Positions 61,262 through 64,000 of a stretch of DNA of 64,000 nucleotides are shown here, piece by piece. Location of the stretch: the NCBI GenBank assembly GCA_963681965.1, contig OY820579.1, forward strand, positions 480,001 through 544,000, written 5' to 3'. A program made the position numbers and the translations under genes. The notes below the pieces were generated by a model. It had not been told where the DNA came from. It was given only the letters and a program-made list of their open reading frames with translations, and made no database searches. The stretch's first letter is position 1. Every line of letters starts with the position of its first letter. The stretch is from a bacterium (lineage in GTDB: Bacteria; Electryoneota; JAOADG01).

Positions 61262-61615
61262 ATGATGTCGACACCACAAACAATAATTGACGTTGATCAA
61301 TTGCTTACTATCGCCGCTCCACCGATACCGGTTGAACCACCCGTTCCAACCGTATCGCCGGAGCAACACAATCTCTCCACTGAACCGACCCTCCTCCAGC
61401 GGTTGCGCGATGAGCTGGTCGCCAAAGCCCGTCTGATCGGTTGGTCCGACAGCGAACTGGTGCGACTTTCCCGCTGCGAATCCGAAGCCGATCTGTTCGC
61501 CGACCGCGAACGTATCGGACGCGAACTGTCGCTTCGCTTCGCAGTCCCGCCGCTCTATTCGTCGCAACCGCTGGCTTCGCCCGCCGGCATCCTCGATGTC
61601 CGGCATTACCGCTAA
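61262..61615 (+). CDS. Putative minimal capsid scaffolding protein
   Basis: AAGGA RBS; Pro-rich N-terminus then charged helices; occupies the scaffold position before decoration and capsid genes. Confidence 0.5.
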   Translation: MMSTPQTIIDVDQLLTIAAPPIPVEPPVPTVSPEQHNLSTEPTLLQRLRDELVAKARLIGWSDSELVRLSRCESEADLFADRERIGRELSLRFAVPPLYSSQPLASPAGILDVRHYR

Positions 61616-61693
61616 TTCACTTCGGGAATGTTTTCTTCGCCTAATCAACAAAGGTTCCCAATCCCCACCTAATCAGCCGGAAAGGAAAAATTC

Positions 61694-62131
61694 ATGGCTA
61701 CCAGTTTCCCCTTCGATAATGAAAACATCGGCGCCGGTCCGTTTCTCACGATGAAAATCGACACCGCTACCGGTCAGCAATTCACCCAGACCGATCTCGA
61801 CAACAATACCGTCGCTTGTGTCGTGTCCGATAACAACACCGTTGCCAAAGGCACAGCCGGCGATCGCGTACTCGGCAAAGTGATCTGGGTGAGTGAAGAA
61901 CTCTCCGCCGGAACCACCATTCCGGTACTCTGCAGCGTGCAGGCGCGGGGTGTCGCACGGTTTGTCTACACCAGTCCGATACCCGAAGTCGGTAACATGG
62001 TCGAAACCGACGGTTGCGGAAAAGTCCGACAGGCATCCATCGCGACTGTTCCTGCCGGTGGTTTGAAACACAACGGCTACGTCATCTCTGTCAACACGTC
62101 CAACAATACTTGCGACGTCTGGCTCGGATAA
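61694..62131 (+). CDS. Putative capsid decoration/cement protein
   Basis: 145 aa, beta-rich (NNTVAKGTAGDRVLGKV, SVQARG, TDGCGKV), immediately upstream of the capsid gene. Confidence 0.6.
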   Translation: MATSFPFDNENIGAGPFLTMKIDTATGQQFTQTDLDNNTVACVVSDNNTVAKGTAGDRVLGKVIWVSEELSAGTTIPVLCSVQARGVARFVYTSPIPEVGNMVETDGCGKVRQASIATVPAGGLKHNGYVISVNTSNNTCDVWLG

Positions 62132-62184
62132 TTCCAAACTCCCTTACCGAAAATCCCTATAAAATCCCTATTCAGGAGAATACA

Positions 62185-63258
62185 ATGATTGATCTATCGC
62201 GCGCCGAAGCGCTCAAACCTACCATTCGCGATGCCTCGCGTTCCGGTAACCTCGCTTTGTATCACGAAGCTCAAACCCGCGGCATCACACTCACCGAATT
62301 GCTCGAAGAATACGACCCGTCGCCCCGTACGCCAGACGGTCGGATCGATAGCCAGTTGGATGCATTCGAGCGTCAACTTGCCGTACACGATATCCGTATC
62401 GGCGGGCGCAATGCCGCCTCCGTTGAACAATTCCTGATGTCCGATGCCGTCATGCTCGCCCCCGAATTCATTCTCCGTGAAATTCGCCACGGCATGACGC
62501 TGATCGTAGACCCGAGTGATTTGGTCGCCGTACAGGTTCCGGAAAAAGGACCGTCGGTGAAGCCCGCCTATTTCAAGACCGAACAAGTGAAGAAAACCGT
62601 CGCACGGCATGGTGAAGCGGCTGGCTTCCCGACTGTGACAGTCAATTACCGCGAGAAGGATGCGCAGATGATCGATCGCGGTCGTCAATTCGACTTCCCC
62701 TATCGCGTGATCCGGCATCAACGTTTAACTGAATTCCGGGCACTGTTGTGGGCGATCGGTTCGCAGATGGCAGCCGATGAATTGAATGAGATCTACAATG
62801 TGCTGCGCAATGGCGACGGCACGTCGCCCGCGCCAGCCAACGTGTTCAATGGCTCTGCCGGAACGCTCGATTACAAAGATCTCGTCCATCTGGTGTTGGA
62901 ATTCAGTGCACCGGCTCGGATGACACACCTGTTGCTGGGTCGCAGCGATCTCGAAAAAATCCTCAATATGTCGCAATTCGAAGATCCGTCGATTTGGCAC
63001 AGCCATGAAATGATCGCCCGAACCGGAAACTACTCGGCAATGCAACCGCTCCACGGCAAATTGATCAAGATCGATGGCGCGACTGCGACGGAATTGATTG
63101 CGATCGATAGCCGATTCGCTTTGCGGGAATCGATCTCGCAAGCGTTAATGGTCGAAGCCGAAAAAGTGATTTCGGCGAAGCTCGAAACGGCGGTAGTATC
63201 GAAGGAATCAGTTTACACCGTTATGCTTGACGATGCGGTGAAGCTCTGCAACTACTAA
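62185..63258 (+). CDS. Phage-type (HK97-like) major capsid protein
   Basis: AGGAG RBS; 357 aa; LEEYDPS, LDAFERQL, PEFI.REI, GEAAGFP, RGRQFDFPYRVIR, GDG, ID..FAL, EAEKVI. Confidence 0.75.
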   Translation: MIDLSRAEALKPTIRDASRSGNLALYHEAQTRGITLTELLEEYDPSPRTPDGRIDSQLDAFERQLAVHDIRIGGRNAASVEQFLMSDAVMLAPEFILREIRHGMTLIVDPSDLVAVQVPEKGPSVKPAYFKTEQVKKTVARHGEAAGFPTVTVNYREKDAQMIDRGRQFDFPYRVIRHQRLTEFRALLWAIGSQMAADELNEIYNVLRNGDGTSPAPANVFNGSAGTLDYKDLVHLVLEFSAPARMTHLLLGRSDLEKILNMSQFEDPSIWHSHEMIARTGNYSAMQPLHGKLIKIDGATATELIAIDSRFALRESISQALMVEAEKVISAKLETAVVSKESVYTVMLDDAVKLCNY

Positions 63259-63301
63259 ACCATTCAATCAGTCGGACAGGATGAATTCCTAGCGTGAGAA
63301 A

Positions 63302-63327
63302 CCCTGCCTTCGGTAACGAAGGCAGGG
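63302..63327. terminator. Strong hairpin closing the capsid module
   Basis: CCCTGCCTTCG-GTAA-CGAAGGCAGGG between convergent genes; no clear U tract on the + strand. Confidence 0.6.
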
Positions 63328-63356
63328 GGTGAGTCGGTAAGTGATCGCGATTGAAT

Positions 63357-63716
63357 TTATTTCGACCAAAGTCCGATTGCAGCGGTTTCCGGCGGTTCGA
63401 TGATCGCGATGCGACCCCAGTCGTTGCCGAGTTCGGTGACCGGTTTTTTGATCTTTGCACCGAGGGCGACCGCTTGATCGAATGCTGCTTGAATTTGATC
63501 GACTCCGATGTACAGCAACGTGGAATACTCTTCCGGCAAGCTCGGGCGCAATTCAATACCACCGTCCATCGAGCGTTCGCCGCCGGTCTTGAATGAGATG
63601 TAGTCGGGATGTTCCGCATGCGGTACATGGCACTCCCAACCAAATAACGATTTGAAGAATTCCGCAGTTTTCTTCGGATTGAGTGATAAGATTTCAAGAT
63701 AAACGATCGAGTTCAT
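63357..63716 (-). CDS. VOC/glyoxalase family protein
   Basis: IVYLEI, FFKSLFGW, GGI, LYIGVD, LGAKI, GRIA. Confidence 0.88.
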   Translation of the reverse strand: MNSIVYLEILSLNPKKTAEFFKSLFGWECHVPHAEHPDYISFKTGGERSMDGGIELRPSLPEEYSTLLYIGVDQIQAAFDQAVALGAKIKKPVTELGNDWGRIAIIEPPETAAIGLWSK

Positions 63717-63864
63717 CGAACCTCCGGTTTTATCGATTAATCATAATTTTCTGAAAATTGCGCTCGTCGAGCCGCAATTACGGTGTAATAGGTTACGAAT
63801 TAAATACGATTCCTGCTCGCCTATGTGATATCAAACGAATTCACATGAAATTGGAGAAAGCACG

Positions 63865-64000
63865 ATGGCTATCAACGCAACCACCAATTATCTGCTTGCC
63901 AAAAAATCGGAATCGCTGCTGGCGTTTGCACGTCAATTGACCAATGTCACAGTGATGCTGTACGGTCCCGGTCAATTAGACGTGTCGGGCATGCCAGTTG
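63865..64000 (+). CDS. Hypothetical protein (3' partial)
   Basis: GGAG RBS then MAINATTNYLLAKK..., open to the window end. Confidence 0.5.
   Translation, partial: MAINATTNYLLAKKSESLLAFARQLTNVTVMLYGPGQLDVSGMPV

Noticed and set aside
62014-62184. N-terminal extension of the capsid ORF
   Set aside because: Overlaps the upstream gene; the AGGAG RBS supports 62185.
60882-63258. Intact prophage
   Set aside because: No integrase, replication, packaging, tail or lysis genes between the flanking host genes in this window.

Overview
Chromosomal window from a diderm bacterium, probably a non-Bacteroidota member of the FCB group (inference: five secreted proteins end in a T9SS/Por-type C-terminal domain, PNPFN...K(M/L)xLxK). 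Housekeeping and transport genes (gyrA, rex, algH/yqgE, feoB with a DtxR-FeoA regulator, Nramp with an MgtE-N/CBS partner, CPA2 antiporter, sulfurtransferase, rubrerythrin) alternate with accessory loci. The most notable features are: (1) an orphan phage-type head module (short scaffold-like protein, decoration-like protein, major capsid protein) with its own sigma70-type promoter and no portal, terminase, tail or integrase next to it (60.8-63.3 kb); (2) at least eight REP palindromes from three families lying in frame inside an intact secreted SBBP/T9SS gene, with two RAYT transposases and many intergenic REP mosaics in the same window; (3) a putative sigma54 operon joining an arylsulfotransferase, an FGE-like lipoprotein, a CotH kinase with a dockerin, a cohesin lipoprotein, an orphan HlyD-like protein, VTC and DUF4956; (4) a putative CMP-keto-deoxy-sugar-acid pathway containing a divergent GAPDH paralogue; (5) a divergent CTP synthase with a C-terminal helical extension; (6) a frameshifted PAS hybrid kinase. 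No rRNA, tRNA or CRISPR array was seen. All family calls come from motif recognition by eye; no searches were run.
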